A stretch of 63,246 bases of DNA, filler included, from Choristocarpus tenellus KU-1152 (Eukaryota; Protista; Phaeophyceae): assembly GCA_964200185.2 (NCBI GenBank). It is 11 parts of 11 records of this genome, joined end to end, with 100 filler letters (N's around TTAATTAATTAA, not from the genome) between each part and the next. Parts side by side here need not be neighbours in the genome. Positions count along the whole stretch, not along the records: positions 4,933 to 13,372 come from CAXNAD020004707.1; positions 13,473 to 20,316 come from CAXNAD020007235.1; positions 20,417 to 23,977 come from CAXNAD020019252.1; positions 24,078 to 31,124 come from CAXNAD020006790.1; 7 more parts are not named here. One strand, written 5' to 3'. The notes beneath the pieces were generated by a model. It saw only the letters and a program-made list of their open reading frames with translations. It was not told the DNA's origin and did not search any database. This document shows, one piece after another, positions 13,267-25,050 of the stretch (position 1 is its first letter; each line of letters starts with the position of its first letter). A program made the translations under genes and the position numbers.

Positions 13267-13273
13267 TTTATAA
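13267..13273 (+). promoter_or_regulatory. TATA-like box about 30 bp upstream of the U1 snRNA
   Basis: TTTATAA at -33..-27 relative to the U1 5' end at 13300. Confidence 0.45.
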
Positions 13274-13299
13274 TTAGGAGGCAGGTGTGTGTGGAGGTC

Positions 13300-13372
13300 A
13301 TACTTACCTGACGGGGGCTTGCCAGTGGTCAAGATGACTGGTGACCGCAGGGGGAGCAGGCTCTTGCACTTG
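13300..13372 (+). ncRNA. U1: U1 spliceosomal snRNA (5' half; truncated by the contig end)
   Basis: Starts with ATACTTACCTG (5' splice-site recognition). Stem-loop I is TTGCCAGT-GGTCAAGATG-ACTGGTGA, with a 10-nt U1-70K-type loop. The stem-loop II motif TTGCACT (U1A site) follows at the expected spacing. Confidence 0.9.
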
Positions 13373-13910
13373 NNNNNNNNNNNNNNNNNNNNNNNNNNNN
13401 NNNNNNNNNNNNNNNNTTAATTAATTAANNNNNNNNNNNNNNNNNNNNNNNNNNNNNNNNNNNNNNNNNNNNGTGAAGTAACTGAGAGATTAGTGGTTTT
13501 CACACTTACAGTGCTTTATAGTGTTCTCACGTTTAGGATATTTTATTTCCTTAGGGCTAATAATGACATATGAAGAGTTTTCATTGGTTTTTCCAGGTAT
13601 ATTAAAGGAAAAACCAATGAAAACTCTTCATATATCAGAAAAATCCCTAGAAAAGTAACAGTTGTCGTAAAATGTGAAAAACACTTTTTTACTATTTTTA
13701 CTATAGTGGTACCAATTAGGGTCCTGTCATAACTCTTGATGTAGACATCAGATTTATAAAATAAAAGCATATTCGTGATGCCCGTCACAATGCCCTCCAG
13801 ATTACGGTCTTCGTTTTATTCGCCATTTTTTTCATTTTTTGAAGAAAGACCAGTCATATTGAGGTTCGAACATTGAAAGTAGATCACCAAGAGTGCCAAC
13901 AGATATACTA

Positions 13911-14860
13911 CTACTTGATTGAAGTATAGGGTATAGATGGGCAAAAAACCTCTCCACCCTTTCTTCCTGTGTGTTCACGCACCCACTCTTTGACCTCGGG
14001 AAGGATGTCCTCGTCGAGGCCCAGAACGAAACGCCTCTTGTAGCGCCCTTGCTCCGACACCTTGATGTGGCCCTTAGTTTGGAAGTCTCCCTCGCATTTA
14101 CTCACAGTTTCCGAACTGAGCATCGCATATCCTGCTGCCATCTCGAGCGCTCTTTGATGGTGTTTCCCGTCGATCATATCAGGTACAGGTTTCGCAGTGT
14201 TAGACCCTTTACAATGACATTTCCTCGTTGAGCGCCGGAAATGGGTTACCTTCTTTCGGGCTTTAGAATCCCTGTAGCCCAACCCTAACACCTTCTTTCT
14301 CGTTTCCCAAGCCACTATGGCTCATATAGGTTCCAAACACCTAAGGCCGCTGCAACTGTCAACTACTAAGATATTCTACACCCGGGTTTCGCTTAGGCAT
14401 TTCCTGAGCGCAATGGCACGCAGTTGCACTGCTGTCCTCCCCAACTTTCCCTTCGACCAGTCACTCTGGTTCTCCCTTCGCCCGCCGTGACCAGGCTTCC
14501 CCGCAGACTTCGTCACTGTACCACACCTGATGATGGACTCGCTGCTCTCTTCCTGCTTTCCCGAGTCGACAGAGACTGCAGAGCAGTGCTCGGACGTGGT
14601 TGAAGACCCAACCAGGTTTTTGTGGTAATGCGTTCCATGCATATTCTCTCAGCGTCAGTGTCGCAGCCACGTCGTTCATTGCGCGATTTGATCATGCTGC
14701 TGCGCCACCGTACACGCACTTTCTCGTAGGCTAACATCGCACGGAATGTCATACGGTACTTGTTTTTTTGTCGCCTCTCGACAGAGAAGGTACTGAGGGT
14801 AGATCCAGGGGGCAGAGTGGCCTCAGCGGCTCTCCTTTTCTCACCGTTATGGTCCATATT
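13911..14860 (-). mobile_element. Decayed, frameshifted ORF remnant, probably the N-terminal part of a DNA transposase of unclear family
   Basis: Chain of overlapping broken ORFs with no obvious intron structure. The segment SEQGRYKRRFVLGLDEDILPEVKEWVREH resembles HTH/linker regions of eukaryotic DDE transposases. No catalytic core seen. Confidence 0.3.
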
Positions 14861-15264
14861 GCTGTGTGGGTCACCTGTGTGTGTGTTCACAGAAAGTTTG
14901 CAAAAGGTGCTAAAAAGATGTCCGAGAATCTTGCTTTTTTTTCGGTATCTCCACACGCACCGTATATTGACAGGGGCCTATCCCGGACCAGATTTTTGCA
15001 GGGATTTCCGCCAACCACTTCATGTTTGTATCCTATGAGGTTGTGACCATCAAAATTGCGCCGGAATTATTCCCCCGCGTTTTTTCCATTCTTTGATCGG
15101 AATATAGTTACCGTTCGCTGGAGTTAGTAATCCCTGCATACAAATTTGCATCCCCTCTTGGCATAAACGTTCACTTGATATGTATATTGTTGCATACCTC
15201 TCGTGGCAAGACAGTGAAAAAAAGCAAGATTGCCACAGACCGCGAAGCTATTGGTACCACTTTT

Positions 15265-16500
15265 ACCAACTATTCTGTACCACTCCCTTCTTGTGCCTCC
15301 AACCTAGCTATTCCTGCACCCCAGTGCGAGGAGCTAGGAAAGTGTCCCAAGAATCTAACAAGCCTCTCCTTACCCATCTCCTTGGTGTCTCCAGCTTAAA
15401 ACGCATGACACGTCTAGACAGGACCACCTGCGTTGTAACAGAGACTGTTGTAGGCAGGATTTGACCGTCTTTTTCCTGTTGTAGGCTCCAGTTCCTCTTC
15501 CCTCATTTCAAGTATAATTAAAATATATAAATTTACTATTATTATTATTATTATTATTAATTGTGCGATTCTGTGACAGCGTGATTGACCCAGCCTAGGG
15601 TGGCGAAGAGATCGTGGGGAAGACTAACCAGACGAACCAAGACGAACTGTAATCAAGAGGACGAGGACGAGGTTAAGGTTTCACAAGTGCAAGACTGAAA
15701 GGACTTGCAAGAAAATATGGGGGACCGAGAAAGTGAGGAGGAACACGGTTCGGATGGGTTTCAGAAAAGAAACATTTCAGTGGTAAGATAGCCCCCTTCA
15801 GGAAAAATATCTCATCAAGAGACATGACGGAAAGACACGGAAATCTGTCCCTCTGAAAGTCCTCCACACAGTTGAACCGAAGTTCTCAGAAAAGAACCTC
15901 GAATCAGTATGATGGTATATGTCATACTGCAATAACGGTATAATAACAGAAAATTTGCTTTGCACTCAATACAACTCTCTTTTAAGAAAGAAGCTCTATC
16001 ATGATATTTCAGGCGTTTCAAACTGGAGACATCAGGGAGACGGGTAAGGAGGGTCCTATCAGATTCTTTTGATGCTTCCCTAGCTCCTCGCCCTGTAGTT
16101 TAGGGCCAAGCTTGGTTGGAGGCATAGGAGGGGAGTGGTGCAGCATAGCTGGTAGTCAAATTGTAAATTGATTATATTAAAATATCTTACACATCTACAA
16201 CTGTTACTTTTACAGGGGTTCTTATGATATTGAATTTAGCTTTCATTGGCTTTTCCCCTGACACATTTGCAAAATGTCAAAGGGAATAATAATATATAAA
16301 AAACAGATAGTATCTGTCACAACACAAGTGGCTCTATCAAGATGTGTCATGCGTTCTAAGCTGAAGATACCAAGGAGATGGGCAAGGAGGGGCCTGTCAG
16401 ATTCTTGGGATGCTTCCCTAGCTCATTACCCCTGTGGTGTAGGGCTAAGTTAGGTTGGAGGAATAATAGCAGGGGAGTGGTGTAGTCTAGCTGGTAGTCA
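15265..16500. repeat. Interspersed ~170-250-bp repeat family: copies at ~15265-15465 (-), ~15990-16165 (+), ~16320-16500 (+), and 41528-41735 (+)
   Basis: Shared core GTGTCATGCGTTTTAAGCTG...AGATTCTTGGGATGCTTCCCTAGCTC...TAGGTTGGAGG, visible in all four copies. Confidence 0.8.
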
Positions 16501-17629
16501 AATAGTAAACAGATTTTGGAGAGATATCTTTCACATTTACGACAACTGCTACTTTTACAGGGGTTCTTATGATATTAGATTAGCTACTTTGACATATCTG
16601 CAAAATGTTGAGAGGGAATAATAATAAAAACAGTATTAACTGTAAAGATATCTTTCATTTTGACAGCTGTTAGTTTTACAGGGTCCTTATCGTATCGAAT
16701 TGACTCTTTCACTGACACATCTGCAAAGTGTGAGAGGGAAACCATAATTATCAGAATGTGAGAGGGGATAATAAATAATACCACTACTTCCGAGAACATG
16801 TTGGAATGAGGCTGGGGAGGTGATGGAGGAAGGCAACGACAGTACGCAGGATAGGCAAGGGAGAGGAACGAACAACAATACGGACACAGGGCCACTGTGA
16901 GAATAGACGGACAGGTTTCAGAGGATGGTGAAGGTCTTACGGAGAGTGGGTTGCTCACCCCCAACTGGGATGAGGAGGAGACGGGGGAGCCAGCGACAAA
17001 ATGTGCCACTGGGACCTGATGGTCAACCTCACCACCAGTGACCCTAACCCATGCCCATCTCAGCAACCATGCCACCCACACTGGAACCTTGCCCAATCTG
17101 CATCTCCCAGATACAACTGCCAGTATTTCCCTTCACGTGTCCACACCCCCTCGACCTGGGCTGTGCGTCAGCCCTTTACCTTTGCACCCGCCCCCAACAC
17201 TCCACTATGTTCCCCACCTGCCACACCCCAGCAACCCCCAAATGCAATTTCGCTGTGGAGAGGAGTGTAGGAATCAAAGCTGTACCTGAATCCATCTGCA
17301 CACAGTCGTCCTCTACCCCTTTCACCATCCCACTTTTTCGCCTACTCTCCATCCCACACCCTCACCCACCAGCTCCTTCACCTTCACCCCCCCTTTTGCG
17401 TTGTAGCCTCCTGCCCCTCTCCCCCCTACCACGTGGATAGCCAACTCATCCAGAAAATTTTCTGCTTGCTTACCGAGGCTTATTCTTATCACTCCCCATT
17501 CATCACAATTTTAGCAGCCACAGAAAAAGCCTCCATATCTACCTTATTTTCAAGCTCACCAGATAACTGCCTTTTCCTTACCCTTGTGTGCTCCACACTC
17601 AAGTCATTCCCCCCATTGTATCGAAGTAC

Positions 17630-18815
17630 TTGATTGTACACACAAAATGGAGCTGCCAAGCCCTCTCAAGTGTGGTTTCATCGTTCTCCTCGTACTATTT
17701 CTTAATAACCTTCACCATCTCCTCAACGGACCTAAACCACTCCCCCATCACCCGGTATTTCAAATATCTGAAGAAGCACAGCTCCATGATATTGAGTTTG
17801 GGGGAGTTAGATGGCTGGGTCACAGGTCTACTCGACCACCCCTCAGTTTTCCCTGCCCCTGACAAGATTTCTGAGTTGCCCTTGCCCGTGTGGGGGGTGG
17901 CACTGTCTTGCTGAACGACAACATGCTTCCCCTGCAACCAAGGCATCATGGTCTTGACTGCAGGCAGTAGCTCATCCGTGTACCACTCCCTGTACCACAA
18001 ATGGTCTAAAGTACAGTCCTGCTCATACACATCCCCCTTCTTATGGTTCTTGCTTGTCCTGCCTGCCATTTTTGGCGCACGTACACGCCAAACACCCAAG
18101 CTTTACATCAAAGCTGTGAGCTGAATCTGGGCGGGCGTTGGCTGCAATGATCATGGTTTTGGGGATATGACTCTTGTGCTGCACAGTAGGGGACCCTGGA
18201 AGGTCGCTAGCATCCTCATGCGGAAATACCCTAACCCTTTCCCCATCAGCCATCATGTAAAACCAGGTTTCACCCACATGGATCATGTTTTCGATGGAAG
18301 CGTTCACACCACGTTTCCGGTCCACTTGATCATAAATAAGTCCAATCTCCATACCTTTTACCACGATTTAAGCTTGGGTTTGATCCAGCAGCGATTCGGC
18401 ATGGCCCCCACATCATCCAACACCTCCTTACAGTGCTCGTGGTATAGTTCAGCCCCTTGGTGGCCATCTTCATTGTCACCTGATGCACCGTGGATGACCG
18501 ATTGTCGGAGTTGATACTATGTATTACGGCCATCTTGGTCAGTGTGAGCTCTGAATGCCGCCCACTACGCGCCGCCACCCCTAGGTCAAACCTGTGACCA
18601 CAGGCAAGTTGATTGGCAACGTCCTCCCAGAGCCCTCACATGTAACGCTCGGACACTCCAAACTCCGCTGCGAGGGCCGACCCAATGTGTCGCGGCAGTT
18701 TATGCTCGCCAGGGACCATCGTGACGGCGTGCCTCACTGCAAGCGCAACCCTAGTATTCAGGGACACTTGGGCACCTTCCTTCCTGGGGGTGTTTACAGG
18801 GGGGTTACCATCGAT
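17630..18815 (-). mobile_element. Mariner-like (plant DD39D-type) transposase pseudogene
   Basis: Frameshifted ORFs give IHVGETWFY (cf. HIDEKWF), QHKSHIPKTMIIAANARP, VVVQQDSATPH and QPSNSPKLNIMELCFF (cf. QPPNSPDLNVLDLGFF), plus an N-terminal HTH LAAEFGVSERYM. The first catalytic Asp is mutated. Confidence 0.88.
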
Positions 18816-20260
18816 CCCCACTTTTCTGAAAGCTGAGATTGTCAAACCGATTACATTGTGTGAGTTTATCGCCCGATTCAGCCCCGTTCTCACTCAACAA
18901 GCCCAGATGTTTCGTGACACAAACTTATGGCACGGAGGTAGTATGTATCCACTGTGCACACGCTCAACACTGCAGTGACTCACTGTCCCCCCTTCCTGTT
19001 TCGTTTCTTGGACACAGGAAGCCTCGAAAATACATAGAGTAACGCAGAGACACTGTTGTCGGATTTCTGTGCTATGACATGGTTGACCTAATAATGAAAC
19101 AAATGCCCAATCAAAATGAGAAACACCTCTACTGTGTGCCTAAGAAGGTACTTCACACAACCAAGAACATTGTATGTATTTTGCAGCAACCTCAAGCGTC
19201 CTCTGCAGTACCCACTACTATTTGAGTCAATCCTACTAGCACTAGCACTACGACAACAATGATGAAGAGTGTAATTTATGGGTAAATATTGAACCAATAG
19301 AGCGCTTGGGGTGGAATCTTGCACATGTTTATACTTTTTTGTGGACACGTACCCCTCAAGTTGTCCTCCTCCTGTGCTTACTGGTGCACGGAGTAGGTTC
19401 GATCAAATCACTATTACTTTCATTTCTGTTGTTGTGTATAAATTTGTCTTGCTTTTTATATATTTTCTAGGTCATTCATATTTATGTCTACATTCTTCGT
19501 ATGTGGTCAAATATTGAAGCATCATCACCACTTCCAGACTTGTTGAAGGGAGCTCGTTACTTGGGCATCGTGGTAGAGACAACACATTGATGATGATGAG
19601 TGTTTGTTGTTGTTTTGTTTTTGTAGTTGACCTCTCGTTTTCACGATCCATTATTTGTTGAGAGATCGGGGCATCCCCGGAACAAAAAAATACACTGTTG
19701 CTCCCTCCTCCCCTCCTTGTTGTGTTGTTGTTATTGATGGTCCTCCCTTCATTATTTTTTCGTTCCTGTGGGTTACCTCGGATTGACTTCATACATACAT
19801 GCATCTATATATATACATACAATTTGGATGTTGATGGCATATGGGAATGGTATGCCGCCTGAGATGAGAGTGTGCGATGCTTGTGTTATTGTTATTGTTA
19901 TTGTTGCTGTGTGGTGAGTACCTGCTGTTGACGAGATGTATTGACACAGCAGACACGAGGTGGTTGAGATTGTGCATCTCGTATATCAGTGCTCAGTACT
20001 CCTCACATATCGCGTGTTGGATCTTTACCCCATGGAAAACTATTTTATAACACTTGTTGGTACAATTAATTCATGTTGTGTGAGGTGTGCAAATATTATT
20101 TGTCGTACCACTCCCCCATCTATGAAACGCGTACAAATGTTGTCGGTGCCACTCCCCTATCTGCAAAAAATGTACAGATGGCTCCCTGTCACAAATATGT
20201 TGAGCTGAATCCGTCCGCGATGATTTGTTGTTGTGAGGATAAGTTAACACTCGTTGATTT

Positions 20261-20316
20261 GGCTCAAAGTATCTGAGGGGGGGTGGTGGCTGTCCATTTG
20301 GGGTCAATTTTTTCAT
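20261..20316 (+). mobile_element. Terminus (TIR) of a high-copy DNA transposon/MITE, GG(C/G)TCAAAGTATCTGGGG; also at ~4981-5013 (-), 31100-31124, 37463-37480, 40603-40629 (-), 44128-44147 (-), 50436-50455, 55788-55941
   Basis: The same terminal motif followed by a G-run lies at 8 contig ends. The 20261 and 55788 copies continue with GGCTGTCCATTTGGGGTCAATTTTTTCAT. Confidence 0.75.
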
Positions 20317-20490
20317 NNNNNNNNNNNNNNNNNNNNNNNNNNNNNNNNNNNNNNNNNNNNTTAATTAATTAANNNNNNNNNNNNNNNNNNNNNNNNNNNN
20401 NNNNNNNNNNNNNNNNCACTCCCCCCTTCCTTCCTGACCCCCCCCCCCCCACCCCTTTACCCCAATCTTTTCTCCCTAAACACCTCAAAC

Positions 20491-22650
20491 TCACTTCCCC
20501 AGGCCTGGTCTCACTCGTCGTCCTTTTTGCTGCACCAACAATGAGCATAATCCTTCAGCATTCCCCTCCTCCTCTTTCTCCTTCCTCTCCCTCTGCCCCT
20601 GCCAACACCCAGTGTTTTTGCCTGCCAGCGGGGAAAAATATACATTCCTAAGCTTCGACCACATTTGCCATCTTCGCTGCTGTTGCTTCTGTTCCTGACA
20701 ATTCCTCAAGTGCCCCTGGAACTGCATTGGGCACCAACATTGGTCATCGTACCACAGGCACAGCAAGGCTTCACATGCCCCCAGAAACAGGATGCACACC
20801 CATACTGATATGAAGGAGGGGCCATACAGTGCCCTGTCAAAGAGGAAAAAAAATATGGCAAGGGGGAGATGAGCAGATATGCTCAAGCAGGGGAAATGAG
20901 GGGGGCAAAATGGGACTGTGGGAATTATAAATTACAGATGGCGAGGTGCAAAGGTTGGAGAAACGGATCAAATGGAAAGGAGGCAAAGGGAGGGGGGGGG
21001 GGAAGAAGGAAGGAGCTGCAATCCATGATGAGTTGGTGGATGAATCATGAAGGCTATCTGCCTTTAAGCACTACTGCACAGCCCAACAAAAATATTACCA
21101 GAGCATACTCTTTTCCATCCTCTGTATGAACAAGCTCGGCCCAGGGCAATTCCATATAAGTAGTGCATAATATATACATCTTGTGACAACCTCAATTACA
21201 AGTGCAAGCACTCGAAGAAGAGGTCGGGAGAAGCTCAAAATGAAATATTTCATTGAATAGGCATTAACAAGTGGTTTGGATAAAGCTGAGGTATGACAGC
21301 ATTCCCTGCATCCTTGAAATTTTGAAATTAAAAAAATATTTTCACAGGGCAATGAACTTTTCACAAACACACAAGTAGTACAAAGTGTCGCATAAATATG
21401 CATCCACATACAGAAACAAACAGCTGAAAAGCCGGGACGTAAGAGCAAATTGGGCAAACACCTTCCAACACAATAGTTGAAGCTTGGAATCATCATCCCC
21501 CTCCAATTTTATATGGCATACAAATGCCAATCAACCCTGTGCATACATCCTGTCAAGTGCACACTAAACCCCCCATTCCACACCCAAACATGCACCTTTG
21601 CCTATGCAGCAAGCAATGGAATATGTCATTTCAGTTCTCAGAAAGACAAAACCACCCCATAACATGTATGTCTTACATCACCACAAGGAAAAGGACCCAG
21701 GACACCTGAAACTTGCTTAGCTTTCTCTCCTCAGTTTCTCACCTGTTGCTGACTGTTAGACACCACATTGCTATCATCCGAGAACCTTTCACCCCTGAAG
21801 CTTGCAGAGCTCCACCCAGAAACACGGCACAAACTGAGCCCACAACTGTGTCCCACCAGAGGTAAGTAATAGCGTAACTTGCAGCTAGCACAGCTGAGAG
21901 CAGGGGTGTAGCTTGGGAAACAGCAGCAAATGTTATCACTGCCATTGCCGACATGCTGATAAGCATACCTGCTCATGAGGAAGCATGAATTGGAGGAGGA
22001 GGGGAAGGAGAACAGTGGCACTTCAGTCATGTTGACAAGTAGGAACCTTCTGTTCTCTGTTACCCTGCAAATTCTTAGTCCAACAAGAAAATAAAAAGAG
22101 CTAGTTCATTGTCTCTTCTGTTACTTGTCACACTAGTAACGTCAGCACCAACCCATACACATCAGAACAACGGCAAAGAAGAAAAAGCTGGGACGTTGAG
22201 TTTGTCAACCTACACCCCTCAAGGATTGCAAGTAATGGCACTGAAAGAAGAGGGCGGTGACTCAAGTCATACTTTCCATTATTTTGCTTGGGACGTCTAC
22301 TACAAGACACGCCCATGGGTTGCTGTAACCTTGTGAACTATTGAATGGTGCAAAACCACGAATTTTTCAATAAGCATCACATTGTGTTGTACATTGTGCA
22401 AGTTCCTTTGTTGTACTTTGGCACATTTCAGGCATTTCCTGCGTGCCGTACATGCCTGCGACAGATGCCTGGTGCACCAAACTAATCCTTGTCTCTCCAG
22501 CGCTCTGCTGAAAGTAGTAGCACCTGCTCAACCTCCTCCTCGCCTCAGCTAAAACGTCTGCTTCCAAGAAGAAGGCACTCTTGATGGAGGACATCCTCAG
22601 CGCCTCGGTGGAGGCAAGACTTTGCCAAGATTCTATCACCTCCTTCTCCC
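20491..22650 (-). CDS. Putative multi-exon membrane protein of unknown function (partial model)
   Basis: Hydrophobic exon ~21743-21969 (MLISMSAMAVITFAAV...) bounded by CAG| and |GTGAGA. It is phase-compatible with an exon from ~20832 (ALYGPSFISVWVCILFLG...). A possible upstream exon lies at ~22524-22650. No family recognised. Confidence 0.35.
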
Positions 22651-24184
22651 TACCATTGGGTGTAGAGGGGATGTAGACGGACATGAATCGATGGACAAGG
22701 TAAGCACAACGCACCGCAAACTTGTGGCTGTTGCTGACACGAACAAAGCGATACATCCCTAAACGCGTTTCCTGCTTTCTCTTGTCTATGCGTGTTGCGT
22801 CCACTCACGTGAGCAGGATGACAGTACTTCACGACAAGAACAGAAAACGGTTTGAGTGTATATACAAAATCCGATTTACAAATTAGTGAACAAACGTTAA
22901 GCATTTCGAAAGACATGCGAAAGAAGCACGGCACCTGTTGATACGATTGTAAGTTCGAGATGGAATATCGAGTTCTGGGGTAGACTACTCCTTTCGATGC
23001 CAAACGAATCTTGTTTTGCTTCACTCTCCTGATCATGAACTCACTCGTCCTTGCGTCGATCCATGTGGCAATTGAAATTTTGTCTGACCAGCTTCTCACA
23101 TGGAGAGGACGAATATTTCATGGATTCTATCTCGTGGTCCCTGGTGCCAGCTTGGGGATGCTGTAAGTAATGTTGCATGTATGAGGAGGAGTTGCATCAG
23201 TGGGGACACCAGCGAAAAAAAGACCAGTGTCGGATCTACGTTGTTAAGGGAATCATCAACCACGTTCAGTAAACAAATGAAGACAAGGGAGGATATAGTA
23301 TTGTTTTCCTGCTGTATTCTACCTTCAAAGTCGCGGCAACATTTTCCAGTAGTTGCTCATGGATAGCAGTAACATAGAGAGGTTGAGGATGTCGGGAGAG
23401 GAGATAAAAGAATGTTGATCAAACAACGCTTGGTCTTCAATTGTATATCAGCAGTATCCCTGGACACGTGGGTCCTATGATTATGAGGATTGATCTAAAA
23501 TATTTTCACACCAACCCTCTGTACACCTATTTGTGTTGGAAGAGACACCTATATCAAGGTTGCAAAACCACGATGGAACGGTAACATTCTTAAAAGGGAA
23601 TATTTTCAACACGTATATACAGTACATACCCCGATTTTATGCCAACTATTATGTACCAAATATAAAATATGCACTTTTGTACCGCTTTTTCGACATGCTC
23701 AAAAAATAGACTTTTGTACCGGAATGATCGTATTGGGGCGATTTGGCACAAACTCCCAGAGATATTCACGCGAGTTTTACGCGCGCGTAAAATTTCTCGC
23801 GAAGAGTGCCTTTCTTCCTGAGTCATGACCACACAGCAGTACAGTACGTTGCTGGTAGGAGAATAAAGTGGAAGCCATGCCTTGTGCCGCGGGAAACCTC
23901 TGCAAGATGCCTTCAAATACACCGGGTCCGCCTTTCTACACAATCCGCTTGTGCCGTTAGTGCGGTGGGTATCTCCANNNNNNNNNNNNNNNNNNNNNNN
24001 NNNNNNNNNNNNNNNNNNNNNTTAATTAATTAANNNNNNNNNNNNNNNNNNNNNNNNNNNNNNNNNNNNNNNNNNNNCACTGGGTATATGTGACACTAAG
24101 AACCTCTTTTCTGACAGGGGGTAAGGGGAGTACATATCTATCCTGTGCCCTCTCTGATGAATCAAAACTGCTTCTTTACTTCAG

Positions 24185-25050
24185 GCAGCAATACAGTTAC
24201 TTCACTACATGAATGAGCTGAAGGAATGGGCGCTCGTGGAGAAGGCGGAGTCAATTGAGCATAAGAAGCGATTGCTAAAGGGTGGTGACCTCTGTGAGTC
24301 TGGAGTGGATCACACTGCTTGAAGAATAATATGAGGCAACCACTCTTGCGCGAATTGAAATACCATTATTGTTCTGTACCATCATCTATTCCTTGCTCTG
24401 CAATATGTGAGCCAGCTGTTGCCAGAGTCAATGATATATGTGTTCCCAAAGTGGCAATGCTTTTAAACGTAACTCACTCGATATGTTTGTGGGAAAAATT
24501 CTTTTGACAGAACAAATAGGAATTCGATCTCCTACATTCAAATCATCTGGTGAACATGCTTACATCGCGTGTACAGCAAAGTTCATTTATCTAACTAAAT
24601 TCCCTCGCCCCTCTACCTTCTCTGTCCGCAACTCCAACCCTCAGCAACCATCGCAGTTCCATCAGTAAGACAAGATCGGTTGACTGTGAGAGCAGCCAAA
24701 ACCTAATCAGTACCTCGAGCAACAAGCACCAAGAACACAATGTGAAGGATCTGGCAATGTTGTTCGTCCCCTCTCTCTCGCTGGATCATGACCTCGAGGA
24801 CCCTCAGATTGACCGGGAACAAGCATTACTATGTAGGGAACTACAGAGAGCAAACCAAAACACGACCACGCTCCCGGTTTTCCCGCCACAACACAAGGGA
24901 CATCAAGATGGGGAGGTGCTGTTGCAAGTATCACGGATTCTGGTAGAAAAGCATAGCAGGAACAAGGAACCGGAGAGGAGGACATTTTTGCAGAGAGACC
25001 ACAGAGTTAGACAATGTTCCTTTTTCTTATGCAGTAGGAAGTCACATTGA
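24185..25050 (+). CDS. Possible 3' exons of an unknown protein
   Basis: Exon-like segment from CAG|GCAGCA (24185) to |GTGAGT (~24294) encodes AAIQLLHYMNELKEWALVEKAESIEHKKRLLKGGDL. ORF 24742-25050 could be a terminal exon. Confidence 0.3.
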
